A stretch of 63,973 bases of DNA, counting the filler, from Octopus bimaculoides (taxonomy: Eukaryota): NCBI RefSeq assembly GCF_001194135.2. It is 6 parts of 6 records of this genome, joined end to end, with 100 filler letters (N's around TTAATTAATTAA, not from the genome) between each part and the next. Parts side by side here need not be neighbours in the genome. Positions count along the whole stretch, not along the records: positions 39,704 to 59,898 come from NC_069002.1; positions 59,999 to 62,840 come from NC_069007.1; positions 62,941 to 63,973 come from NW_026373102.1; 3 more parts are not named here. One strand, 5' to 3'. Below, in pieces: positions 51,685 to 63,149 of this stretch. Position 1 is the first letter of the stretch; every line of letters starts with the position of its first letter. Position numbers and translations under genes: made by a program. The notes beneath the pieces are model-generated. The model was not told where the DNA came from. It saw only the letters and a list, made by a program, of their open reading frames with translations, and did not search any database.

Positions 51685-52220
51685 TCCTGATGCAGTACCA
51701 GGCAGTGGCTCTCATGGCTTCTGATCTTAACTGATTGGAAGTATTATCATGCACAGTGATTTGTCTTGGTATAAAATATGGGCTACAGCAAATATTCTGC
51801 TCAATACCACAGATTTGCTTGTCAGTCGTTTGACCTTAACTATTTGAGCATGTCCCTTAGTGGCTGACGATATGTGCATCTCTGATCATGAGCAGTAGCC
51901 CCATGTATTGAAAGGAACTCTTTGGGGTTTGGATAATTCACCTCTGGAAACGTGTTTTGTTCAACATCCTTAAAGAAATCTTATTCAGGGACCTTTTGAG
52001 TGAGATGGGATACTGGACCTCAAGAAAAACTCTAACTGGGCCTCACCAGCAAGATCATGCATTGTTTATCTTAACATCACATCACCATGACGTGCACATA
52101 TGGTTGTGATGCATGTGCCTGGTGTACCCTTATCAGACAGGTAGCAATGATAGGTATAATGGGCATCGGATATTCTACTCCAGTGTCACTTCGATGGCAC
52201 GTGCTGCTCACTCACTCAAT
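51685..52220 (+). mobile_element. family D copy 2
   Basis: Collinear with copy 1. Confidence 0.75.
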
Positions 52221-52272
52221 CCTACTACTAATGATAATGATAACAACAACAACAACAATAATAATAATAGAT

Positions 52273-52648
52273 GCCCTTATGCAGTACCAAGCAGTGGCTC
52301 ATATGGCTTCTGGACTTAAATAATTGGAAGTGCCATGTACAGGTTTTGTCTTGGTATAAAAGATGGGCTACAACATATATTCTGCTCAGTACCACAGATT
52401 TGCTCGTCAGTTGCTTGACGTTAACCAGCTGAGCATGCCCCGTAGTGGTTGACGATATGTCCATTTCTGATTACGAGCAGAAGTAGTGGAAGAGCATCAG
52501 AGCCAAGTGTTGAGAGGAATTCTTTGGAGTTTGGATAAGTCACCTCTGGAAACATGGGTGTTTCGTTGAATATCCTTAAACAACTCTTATTCAAGGAAGT
52601 TTCGAGCAGGATGGGCTACTCAACCTGAAGAAAAATTCTAACGGAGGC
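52273..52648 (+). mobile_element. family D copy 3 (3'-truncated)
   Basis: Collinear with copy 1, then runs into a Dong fragment. Confidence 0.7.
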
Positions 52649-52649
52649 T

Positions 52650-53392
52650 CTAATCCGTGCTGCCCAAGAACAAGCTCTAAGAACAAATTACATAAAATAC
52701 AGAGTAGAAAAAAAATCAGAAAGTGGTAAGTGCAGAATTTGTGGACAAAATTGTGAAACCGTATGGCATATTACTAGTCAATATACGCCACTAACCCAGA
52801 AGGAATATAAGAGACGCCACGAAAACATAACAAGGCTTTCCACTGGACACTTTGCAACAAGTATAGACTTGACAGAGCAAAAAATTGGTTGAACCATAAA
52901 CCCGAAGGCATCATCGAAAATGATAACGCAAAGATCCTGTGAGATTTTATGATTCAGAGCGACCATGAGATAGAGAATAGGAAGCCAGAGAGTCTTAATT
53001 GAGAAAGAAAACAAACTATGCTGGATCATAGATATAGCATGCCCTGCTGACAACAAGGTATGTGATAGGGAAGAAAGAAAATCTATAGATATGACAGGTT
53101 AGCTTGGGAGGGTATGCCGCTGCAGTCGATGAAAAATGTGGTAGTGGTACCAATAACTGTAGGAGCCCAGGTAACAGCGAGTAAAAACCTTGAAAAGTAC
53201 ATAGAACAAATTGGGGCTGCAATAAGGGTGAAGCACTTGCAGAAAACAGCATTGTTTGAAACCGCTCGAAAACTCCAGAAGGTGCTCGAAAAATAAGAGT
53301 TGTTATCTTAGCTCATTGGTAGTGAACAGCTGACACCGTAGTACATCTCCAGCGTTAGAAGCTGTGCAAAGGCAATAATAATAATAATAATG

Positions 53393-53456
<64 letters not shown>

Positions 53457-53468
53457 TAATAATGATAA
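52650..53468 (+). mobile_element. R4/Dong-type LINE 3' fragment (knuckle + RLE + 3' UTR) with (TAA)n tail
   Basis: AAQEQALRTNY, CRICGQNCETVWHI, RKP..WIIDIACP, VVVVPITVG, LQKTALFETARKL. Confidence 0.88.
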
Positions 53469-54007
53469 TCATACAGCACAAGCTTCTCTCAAATAATCAT
53501 TCCACTCAACAACACAATTGGCTTTCATTACGAGCTCACGTTCACAAAATTTGATTCTTGTCATGTGTACCCAGCCATATATGAAAAGTGATGCTTTATG
53601 AAAAGATAAACGTGAATTAGCAAACCAATTATCTGTTGTCAGTCCTTTTGCGTGTCTGCATCAACGAATTCTACACCGCCATCTATTTTGAATTCCAACT
53701 GAGAAATTCATAAAATGACCGTTGTTGCATTGTGTTTCTTGGTGAAGAACTCCATTTTTCTTGAAAAAAACTGAAATACTGGATGTTTCATCTGCAATGT
53801 TCGCTTAGACGTAAAATATTGATGATGTACAGGAAATCAATCAGGCCAAAAATATGGCAAAATAAAATCGTTGAGCTGACGGGGGAGGGGGATGTATAAC
53901 CCAAGTTTTTAGTGGGGAGATAACCCCATTTTCTAATGGTAATTTTTAAAGGGGGTAAGATAACCAAAATGTACCAAAGAACCGTCTTGGTTTAGTGGTT
54001 CTTCTGT

Positions 54008-54282
54008 ATTCTTTTATTCTTTTACTTGTTTTAGTCATTTGACTGTGGTCTTATTCCCTGTAAACCTGGTGCTTCTTCTATCATTCTCTGCTGCTGAAAA
54101 GCTAAGTTACGGGGACGCAAACACACCAGAATCGGTTAACAAGTGATGGTGGTGGTGGGGGACAAACACAGATACACACATATACACGCACACATATATA
54201 TATGACGGGCTTCTTTCAGTTTCTGTCTATGAAATTCACTCACGAGATTTTGGTCGATTCGAGGCTATGGTAGAAGATACTC
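54008..54282 (-). mobile_element. SINE family B, internally deleted and head-truncated
   Basis: CTAAGTTACGGGGACGCAAACACACC and GACGGGCTTCTTTCAGTTTC blocks. Confidence 0.75.
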
Positions 54283-54599
54283 TTTAAAGTATAGAGTCCT
54301 TTTCTCTCCAACTCATTTTCCTGGGCTCTTTTCACAGGTAGACCCCGTTCGAAATTTGCAATAGTTTTTGCATAAAAAAAAGAAGGGAAGGAGTAGAGCT
54401 TGTTTGTTGAGGAAACGTTAAACATGCCTGATCAAAATCATGGTCTTTCCCCTTAACTAAAAGACTAAAAGACATGAAGAACTATGAAAGAAGGCGAATA
54501 AGTACCGGCGGTGGGAAAAAGAAGAGAAAACTAACAGTCGATCGTTCTAGAACTCCCAGAATGAAAACGTAAACACCTGAAAATCTTTCCCTTTATTCC

Positions 54600-55587
54600 T
54601 TGCTAAACGTATTTCCCTCTTCTTCATTGCTAAAAATAAAGAAGCTAGAACAGATCGACCGAAATTGTCATTTTAAATGGCTGAAAAGCTTTCCATTCTC
54701 TGCCTCTATCGCTTCACTCTTTTCTTCTACGGTTAAGAGAAGGAGGGTGCATGGCTCAGTGGTTTAGAGTTATTCGACCCACGATTATAAGGTCATGAGT
54801 ACGATTCCCGGCGACGCGCTGTGTTCTTGAGCCGTACTTCACCGTGCTGCGGTCCACTCAGCTGGCAAAAATGGGTTGTAGCTGTAATTCAAAGGGGCCA
54901 GCCTTGTCACATTCTGTGTGAGGCTTAATCTTCCTCAGGACTATGTTATGGCATGCATCTCTGTGGAGTACTCAGCCACTTGCACGTTAATTTTACGAGC
55001 AGACTGTTCCGTTGATCAGATGAACAGGAACCTAGTTGACAGAGTGCAATTAAAAAAAAAGTGTGAAAGAAAAGGAAATGTTTCATATCATAAGGCAAAT
55101 ATGTTATGTGTTCAGTATAAGCAGTGAAAGCTAAGACGAAATAACTGCTATTCCGTCGTCTAGTGACTTCGTTCTCGACTTATGCTCAATTTGATAACAA
55201 CAGCCTGTGCATCGCTGTTTATCTCCAGATCTCTGAGACCCACAAATGTCGCTGTTAGGACCAGATTAACATCCATAGTAACCCTGACGACTAAAAAGAT
55301 TTTCCTATCCCTATATAGGATCCTTTTGTTTTACCCCTAAATCACTGAGGCAAGCACCTTCACTCTCTTAACCCATGATTATAAGGGAATCGTACTCATG
55401 ACCTTATAATCGTGGGTCGAATACCTCTAAACCACTAAGCCATGCACCTTCCTTCTCTTAACCGTAGGAATGAAGCGATAGAGACAGAGAAAGGAAAGCT
55501 TTTCAGCCATTTAAAATGACAATTTCGATCGATCTGTTCTAGCTTCTTTAGTTTTAACAATGAAGAAGAGGGAAATACGTTTAGCAA
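54600..55587. repeat. ~205-bp inverted duplication (arms 54600-54809 and 55385-55587)
   Basis: The reverse complement of arm 2 aligns with arm 1 across SINE head plus unique flank, with scattered mismatches. Confidence 0.9.
54742..55040 (+). mobile_element. tRNA-derived SINE related to family C
   Basis: A box TGGCTCAGTGGTT, B box-like AGTACGATTCCC, body GTGGAGTACTCAGCCACTTGCACGTTAATTT shared with 36380-36430. Confidence 0.8.
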
Positions 55588-55614
55588 TGAATTTCTTCCA
55601 ACCACTTGAAGGTT

Positions 55615-55762
55615 CATCTCGCTTACCTGGCCAAAATATGTTGTAGCTGTCATTGAAAGGGGCCAGCTTTGTCATATTCTGTGTGAAACTGAATCTCCCT
55701 GAGAACTACGTCAATGGTATGCCAGTCTGTGGAGTACTCAGCCACTTGCGAGTTAATTTTAT
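55615..55762 (+). mobile_element. headless SINE family C-related body
   Basis: GGGCCAGCTTTGTCATATTCTGTGTG...GTGGAGTACTCAGCCACTTGCGAGTTAATTT. Confidence 0.7.
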
Positions 55763-56081
55763 CCTCTGTTCTAATGAAAAGTGAAAATGATATCCGATAT
55801 TTGCTGCAGTTATTTCTCTTTGATTTAACAATGCGTTTATGTATCTATGCATCAGCCTTTCTTTCGATCTATGTATCTACTGTTTCTCTCACTTTCTTTC
55901 TTTGTCTCTCACTTCCTCCTTGTTTCTCCTCTTTCCCGATTTTAATTTAACAATGTCTGTACTTATCTACGTATCTACTTTTCTTACGATGTATGCATCA
56001 GTCTACTCTGAAAATAATGATAAATATTTTACCTCTCCTTTCAACAGTAGAAAAGTAACAGTAACATCCACAGTTATTTGC

Positions 56082-56156
<75 letters not shown>

Positions 56157-56209
56157 NNNNNNNNNNNNNNNNNNNNNNNNNNNNNNNNNNNNNNNNNNNN
56201 NNNNNNNNN

Positions 56210-56247
<38 letters not shown>

Positions 56248-56759
56248 GTGGGAGAGTGAGGCAGACAGACAGAATAACTGTCAGACAGATAAATTGATAG
56301 ATAGATGATTTTATCATAAACCGTCGAAAACGAGTTTTCCAGCGTTTTCTGTGTTCCATTGTCTTTCACTATTATTCTTTATACACTCCCTTCCTTAACT
56401 CAATCCATCTCTCTAAATCTCTCTCTTTCCACCTTCACTCCCCTCTCCGTCCTCTTTGTCTCCTTGCCTCTAACCGTCCTCCTGCGATTAACGCGTTATA
56501 TTTCTTACCTCTCAGCGCTATCAATCTCCCCCTCTCTGCCACTTCCTCTTCTTTGCCGCTTTGCCTCTCACTTCAACTATACTTCCTCTGCTTCTGACTT
56601 TCTCTCACCCCTGCTTTGCCATTCACTTCAAATATACCCCCTCTATTTAATACCTTTTATTTCTCTTTTACTTTGTATCACCCCTTGAACCTTTTTACTT
56701 CTTCCCTTGATGACACACACCACAGGTACGTAGTACAAAAACAAAAAAGTTGGCGTATT

Positions 56760-58560
56760 AACTTTATTGATTATTGTTTCACTTTTCAGAACGCTGGGTC
56801 TTCTTTGTTCTGGTAGGTTCTGTGAGATCGAACAGCAGTGTGCTGTCAAAGGTCTCACAGGTTGTTTTTCCGCACATTACATGCTTTGGTATTTGGTTGT
56901 TGATTATCGTGGAAAACATTCAACATCCAAGTACCCGTCTCAAAATCCTAACGGTCCCGAACAGAACAGCTATTTGGACCTGCTCTGTTCTCATGTCAAT
57001 TCCGATTTCTCTGACATATTTCTCGAACTTAGTTGTTAGGGCCCTGAATGGCTCTACAGTTACTGGAATATCAGACACTCTCCTCATAGTTCACATTCTT
57101 GCAATTTCTTCTTAGTAGTCTGTACTATTCAATCTTTTCTAGTTCTTTGTCATTTACGCGTGCATCAACAGGTATCTAATATCTATAATCTTGGATTCTT
57201 TTTTTCTTTATCTACAACAATAATATCTCCGAGCATCGATTAGGGCGTCACATTGGATTGTAATATCCCACAGTATCTTATATTCATTGTTCTCGGTGTC
57301 CCCGTCTGGTTCACTTTCGTACCATTTCGTGCTCTGTTCAGACTGTACTTTTCACATAGATTCCAGTGGACGAACTTAGCCATATTATCATGCTTCCTTT
57401 TGTAGTGAGATTCTTTCATTTCTGCTGCCTACAAAGGGGTGATTCGTTACTCTTATCTATTTGAAACTTGGTGTAATTAGTTCTCAGGGTTTGTTCTTGA
57501 GCGCTGCATCTCAGTCATTAAATGCATCTTTTCAGATCACTTTTTCTTTGCCATCTCCAAGTATTGATCTATCTTGTCTTTTCCTTCGATTTCTCTGAGG
57601 TAGTGCCCATGTAGTCATTTCATTTTCTTGTTCTTTACTCCCTCTTCTTCATCTTGTTTCTTAAATATCTGTGGGTGCATCCCATTTTCGGCAGTCATTG
57701 TATTGTTAATTTTAACAGTGGCAAGCAAGAATTCACTCTCTTGTTTGATGTACCATCCCAGACTGTTGTTCACGTTTGACGACACAGATCTTGCATCCTA
57801 TGAGACCTCTTCTTCCCTTGTTTCTACAGTCTATCAGTATCGCTTTTGGGGTGTAGTTTCTTGTTTACTGTCATCACTTTTCTGGTTTTCTTGTCCATTT
57901 CCTCAAGCTTGTTTTTGTCCACCTAATAACACCTGCGCCATCACGCATTGAGGAAACAACCTATGTGTTTATTGCCCTGATGTTGTTTTTTCCATCGAGC
58001 ATGCCTCTCATAATTAACGATATTCTCACCTAAAGCTTTCTTTCATTTCACTTTCCTTGATTTTGTCGTATTCCAAAATGCCCAGATATCGATATCCATT
58101 AGTTTCAATATCCTCGATTTTCTCGCCATCAGACAACATTTCTTTGCCTCTTTGTATTATAAGCATTCCTCACTTTTTAATCACAAGTTCCATTCCGATA
58201 TCCTCATTGAATATCTGCACTATTGAAACTAGGCCATTTATTTCACGTTCAGATTTTCCAAAGATCTTTAAGTCATCCTTATATAACAAATGATTTAATT
58301 TCCCTCCTCTTTTCAAGGTGTACCCCGATGTCACTTTATGTCGTATCTATGTGAATGTGAAAGGTATACAAATTACAAACAGCAGTGGTGATAGGCTATC
58401 TCCTTGAAATATGCCTCTCTTGATGTTAACCTTCGCCAAAAATTTTCCACACGAAGTTAGCTCTGTATTCCAGTTTTCATTAATCTCCTAATAAAATTTG
58501 ATATGTTATCAGACAACTGTACCAGCTCAAGACTTACTAAAATCCAGGAATGGGGGACCA
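56760..58560 (-). mobile_element. R4/Dong-type LINE (RT to 3' UTR), degraded
   Basis: VNIKRGIFQGDSLSPLLFVIC, LYKDDLKIFG, YRYLG, HGHYL, C-terminal QIAVLFGTVRILRRVL. Confidence 0.88.
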
Positions 58561-58599
58561 TGACACACACTTTCTTATAACTGATCCACGTCATACCCA

Positions 58600-59110
58600 G
58601 ATTAGTAAGTCTTTCAGTCGTTCAGTACCATTCTGTCTATCAGTCACAGGATGGTGTTTATAGCATTTGTCAGCGGTTTTGATTTTATAATGCCGACATA
58701 TTGTCCAGTGTAAATACTGGCCAACTCTGTCATGTCTTACTTTATATTCTACAGGTGCTAAGACCCTACACCCTGAGATTAGCTGGTCTATAGTTTCAAT
58801 CGCATCGTTACAGAATCGGCATTTTGTGTTAGCTCCATTTTTTATCACATTGGCTTGGTAGTTCCGGGTTAATAAGCTTTGGTCTTGAACAGCCAATATG
58901 AGACCTTCACTCTCTACTTTTAGCTCTGAGCTTCGTAACCATTGATGCGTGTGTTTCTGGTCGACATCAGCTTGTTTGCTACGAGCCACATACTTGCCAT
59001 GCAGAGGTTTCTGCTGCCATCTGCTAGCTAATTTTTCATGTGCTTTTGTCTTTGCAATTAATTTTATTTTCTTTGCATTTCCTTCAACATGATCAAGCTG
59101 GTGGGTATCT
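58600..59110 (-). mobile_element. R4/Dong-type LINE fragment (second subfamily)
   Basis: QWLRSSELKVESEGLILAVQDQSL, CRFCNDAIETIDQLISGC. Confidence 0.88.
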
Positions 59111-59115
59111 AAAAG

Positions 59116-59116
<1 letters not shown>

Positions 59117-59160
<44 letters not shown>

Positions 59161-59660
59161 GATTTTGCACAGCTTCTAACGCTGGAGATGTATTACGGTG
59201 CCAGCTGTTCATTACCAGTGAACTAAGGTAACCCCCCTTATTTTTCGACCAACATCCGGAGTATTCGAGCGGTTCCAAACACTGCTGTTTTCTGCTAGTG
59301 CTTTACCTTTATTACAGGCTCTATTTGTTCCATGTTCTCAAGATTTTAACTCACTGTTCCCAGGGTTCCGACAATTATTGGTACTACTACCACCTTTTTC
59401 ATCGACCACGACTATTTTACCTCCCAAGCTAACCTGTCATATCTATCGATTTTTCTTTCGTCCTTATCGCATACCTTGTTGTCAGCACCATTTGCTTTCT
59501 TTCTCAATTAACACTATGTCTGGCTTCCTATTCTCTATCTTATGGTCGAACTGAATCATAAAATCTCATAGAATCATTGCATAATCATTTTCGATTATGT
59601 TCGGTTCAGGTTTTTCGCTCTGTCAAGTCCATACTTGTTGCAAAGTGTCCGATGGACAAT
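59117..59660 (-). mobile_element. R4/Dong-type LINE 3' fragment, same subfamily as 52650-53468, flanked by (TAA/ATT)n
   Basis: 3' UTR CACAGCTTCTAACGCTGGAGATGTA is the reverse complement of 53340-53372. (ATT)n at 59117-59160 and 59678-59826. Confidence 0.88.
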
Positions 59661-59699
59661 CCTTGCTATATTGTCGTTATTATTATTATTATTATCATT

Positions 59700-59794
<95 letters not shown>

Positions 59795-60363
59795 TATTAT
59801 TATTATTGTTGTTATTATTATTACTATTAATCAGTAGTTTTATTTTTATAACGTGCTTTCACTTCACTACCGAGCGCAGCTCTGTGTGCCTTGGGTATNN
59901 NNNNNNNNNNNNNNNNNNNNNNNNNNNNNNNNNNNNNNNNNNTTAATTAATTAANNNNNNNNNNNNNNNNNNNNNNNNNNNNNNNNNNNNNNNNNNNNAC
60001 CCCTTCTCCAGAACATTCGGAAAAGCAACAGGGGCATTCTCTGAATTATGGAAGCCCTCCTTATAAACAAATTGAAACTAGCCATTAACAACAGGAAGGA
60101 ACTACATGAAGCAGACTGGTTGCTATAGTAACAGCCACCCACACATCACCTTCCTCCTTACTCTCTTGTCCCCCCCCACTTCTGAGCAACAAGCTCCTTC
60201 CAACCACTGCTTTTTCCAAAATGTCCTGAAGAAGGTGCTTTTCACCCTGAAATATAGAAATATGAGGTAAAACTTCTACTTTGTTCTGTTTTCTTTTCAA
60301 TTTGTCGTTTATTTTGTACCTTCTCACATTGTTCCGGCTTTACACAACTACATTCTTTAAATA

Positions 60364-60407
60364 TGCACCAGGCTCCAATCTGTCAGATCAGATTGGAGCC
60401 TGGTGCA
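60364..60407. repeat. perfect 19-bp inverted repeat with 6-nt loop, derived from RTE 3' UTR
   Basis: TGCACCAGGCTCCAATCTG-tcagat-CAGATTGGAGCCTGGTGCA. Confidence 0.9.
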
Positions 60408-60610
60408 GCCATCTGGTTCAATGTAAAAGACTTTCTCACCTTCTCAAGCATCAAACTAATACGCCTGCTTGTTGTTTATACACCTGTCTTCGTCTTTTGT
60501 TTTTCTGTAAATTTCAACTATATATATATATTTTACTCTGTGAAACTTAATTTAATTTTTAATAAATTTATTTTATCCCTAATATTATTATTATTGTGTA
60601 TATATATATA

Positions 60611-61220
60611 TATGAGGTAGTATCAAAGAGTTCCTGAACTAATTCTGTAGCACACCAACAGATGGCAGCACATGGCTGTGTGCATAGTAGGAGCTAGCAG
60701 TGACTTTCATGAAGCAGTGTACCAAGTGACATCACTATGTTTACTTCAGAAGTTGTAAAATTTGTGTTTTTGTGATTATACTTTTGTCATGGATAGGAAC
60801 GAAGAGCCAACATGAAATTTTATATTAAACTTGGGAAGTCTGCTACAAAGACATTGAGCATGCTTTGGCAAGCTTTTGGGGATGAGACAATGGGTCGTAT
60901 GCAATATTTCAAGTAGCATGGGTGCTTCAAAAGTGAAAGAATGTGGTATTATGCATTGAGAATTCATCCCTCAGGGTCAGACCCTCAATTGAGAGTTCTT
61001 CTGTAACATTTCGAAGTGTTTGAGGGAGGACATTTGGCAAAAATGGTCAGATCTGTGGAACAGGATAAAATGGATTCTTCACCAAGCTCTCAATAATGAG
61101 TTTCTTACCACAAACAACATGGTATCACTTTCGTGCCCACCCTATTCAACAGATATAGTACCTATGGACTACCATATTTTACCCAAGATGAAAATGCAGC
61201 TCAAAGGTCACTGTTTTAAC
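60611..61220 (+). mobile_element. mariner, internally deleted, same family as 9512-10418; 3' end in gap
   Basis: 5' TIR after TA, MKFYIKLGKSATKTLSML, then jumps to WILHQ...CPPYSTDIVPMDYHILPKMK. Confidence 0.82.
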
Positions 61221-61691
61221 NNNNNNNNNNNNNNNNNNNNNNNNNNNNNNNNNNNNNNNNNNNNNNNNNNNNNNNNNNNNNNNNNNNNNNNNNNNNNNNN
61301 NNNNNNNNNNNNNNNNNNNNNNNNNNNNNNNNNNNNNNNNNNNNNNNNNNNNNNNNNNNNNNNNNNNNNNNNNNNNNNNNNNNNNNNNNNNNNNNNNNNN
61401 NNNNNNNNNNNNNNNNNNNNNNNNNNNNNNNNNNNNNNNNNNNNNNNNNNNNNNNNNNNNNNNNNNNNNNNNNNNNNNNNNNNNNNNNNNNNNNNNNNNN
61501 NNNNNNNNNNNNNNNNNNNNNNNNNNNNNNNNNNNNNNNNNNNNNNNNNNNNNNNNNNNNNNNNNNNNNNNNNNNNNNNNNNNNNNNNNNNNNNNNNNNN
61601 NNNNNNNNNNNNNNNNNNNNNNNNNNNNNNNNNNNNNNNNNNNNNNNNNNNNNNNNNNNNNNNNNNNNNNNNNNNNNNNNNNNNNNNNNNN

Positions 61692-61800
61692 TGGATGCCC
61701 TTCCTAATGCCAACCACTCAGAGAGTGTAGTGGGTGCTTTTATGTGCCACCGCCACGAGGGCCAGTCACACAGTACTGGCAACAGCCACGCTCCAGTCAA
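61692..61800 (-). mobile_element. RTE 3' UTR fragment
   Basis: GGATGCCCTTCCTAATGCCAACC...GTGCCACCGCCACGAGGGCCAGTC. Confidence 0.7.
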
Positions 61801-61852
61801 CTATTTCACAGTGTTACTGAGTACATTTTGCACTGTTCATTATTACCATTGC

Positions 61853-61896
<44 letters not shown>

Positions 61897-62519
61897 AAAA
61901 TCAGTATTAGTGTAAATTCCTTGTAGTAACTCCTTAAGAAGCAGAAACTCAGTATGTGGATTTAGTCATTAGATGAATATTGATAAAATGAGGATTAAGC
62001 CTTAGAATTGATAAATGAGCATTAACTCTTGAAAATGACCTCAACATGCTCAGTACAAGAATATTTTGCAACCAAATTTAGGCAGTAGTTTGGAGGATTT
62101 GGATAGTTTGCTAAACTGCTAGAGCAACTGTTTATAACTAGAGGGAACAGCTCAAATAGCTTGTTAGACTGAAGTGTGTTCAGTAAAGTAACTTCCCAAA
62201 ACTTCCCAATCACTACCAAAAGGAACCAACAGTAACGATTTAATGTCATGTCTCATCTCACAGAATATGAACCAACAAGGATAGCTTCTTGAGCTGTCAG
62301 AAACAACAGCTAAATTTTTCTGAAATCACAGCCTATTATCTTAAAAAATGGGGATATCTAAGAGTATTTAGGATGATGTAATATTAAACATATGATGCTT
62401 GAAGAGAAGACAGCATGATCATGTCTGGAACGCTTTTGATTATGGACTTTCTCAATGGAGATAATCCAGGACTCCCTCTCTCTCTTTCGGAGAAAGGCAC
62501 AAGCACATACACAGACATA

Positions 62520-62670
62520 TACACACACGGCAGTAACTTCCGCCTACCAAATTCAATCACAAGGCTTCGGTCGGCCCGGGGCTATAGCAGAAGACACTTA
62601 CCCAAGGTGCCATGCGGTGGGACTGAACCCAAAACCATGTGGTTGGGAAGCAAGTTTCCTAACCACTGCG
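62520..62670 (-). mobile_element. SINE family B 5' half
   Basis: CTTACCCAAGGTGCC..GGGACTGAACCC..AACCACTGCGC. Confidence 0.75.
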
Positions 62671-63149
62671 CTAACAATAATGACAGCAAGAAAAATAACA
62701 ACAACAACAACTTTTTTTGGCAATAAAAATTTAAATGTATACTGACAATCTCTGCAAATATCTTCATCATAATTCTCAGGCATACACGACTGAAATTCGA
62801 TCTTATGGCCTTTGCAAAACTTCTCGGGTTTATTAACATTNNNNNNNNNNNNNNNNNNNNNNNNNNNNNNNNNNNNNNNNNNNNTTAATTAATTAANNNN
62901 NNNNNNNNNNNNNNNNNNNNNNNNNNNNNNNNNNNNNNNNGCACCTACTCTGCGAAACTTTTTGTCTGTAAGTATGAGATCATGGAGAACTACACTGATT
63001 TTGAAAAACGAATCTCTCAATGCTAGAGATGTAAAAATGCATGTGGCATTTTCCAGGGTGACCCTCTATCCCGACTCCACTTTTGTCTAGCCTTAATACC
63101 TCTCTCGAAATTGCTCAATGATGTACAGTACGGTTNNNNNNNNNNAATA

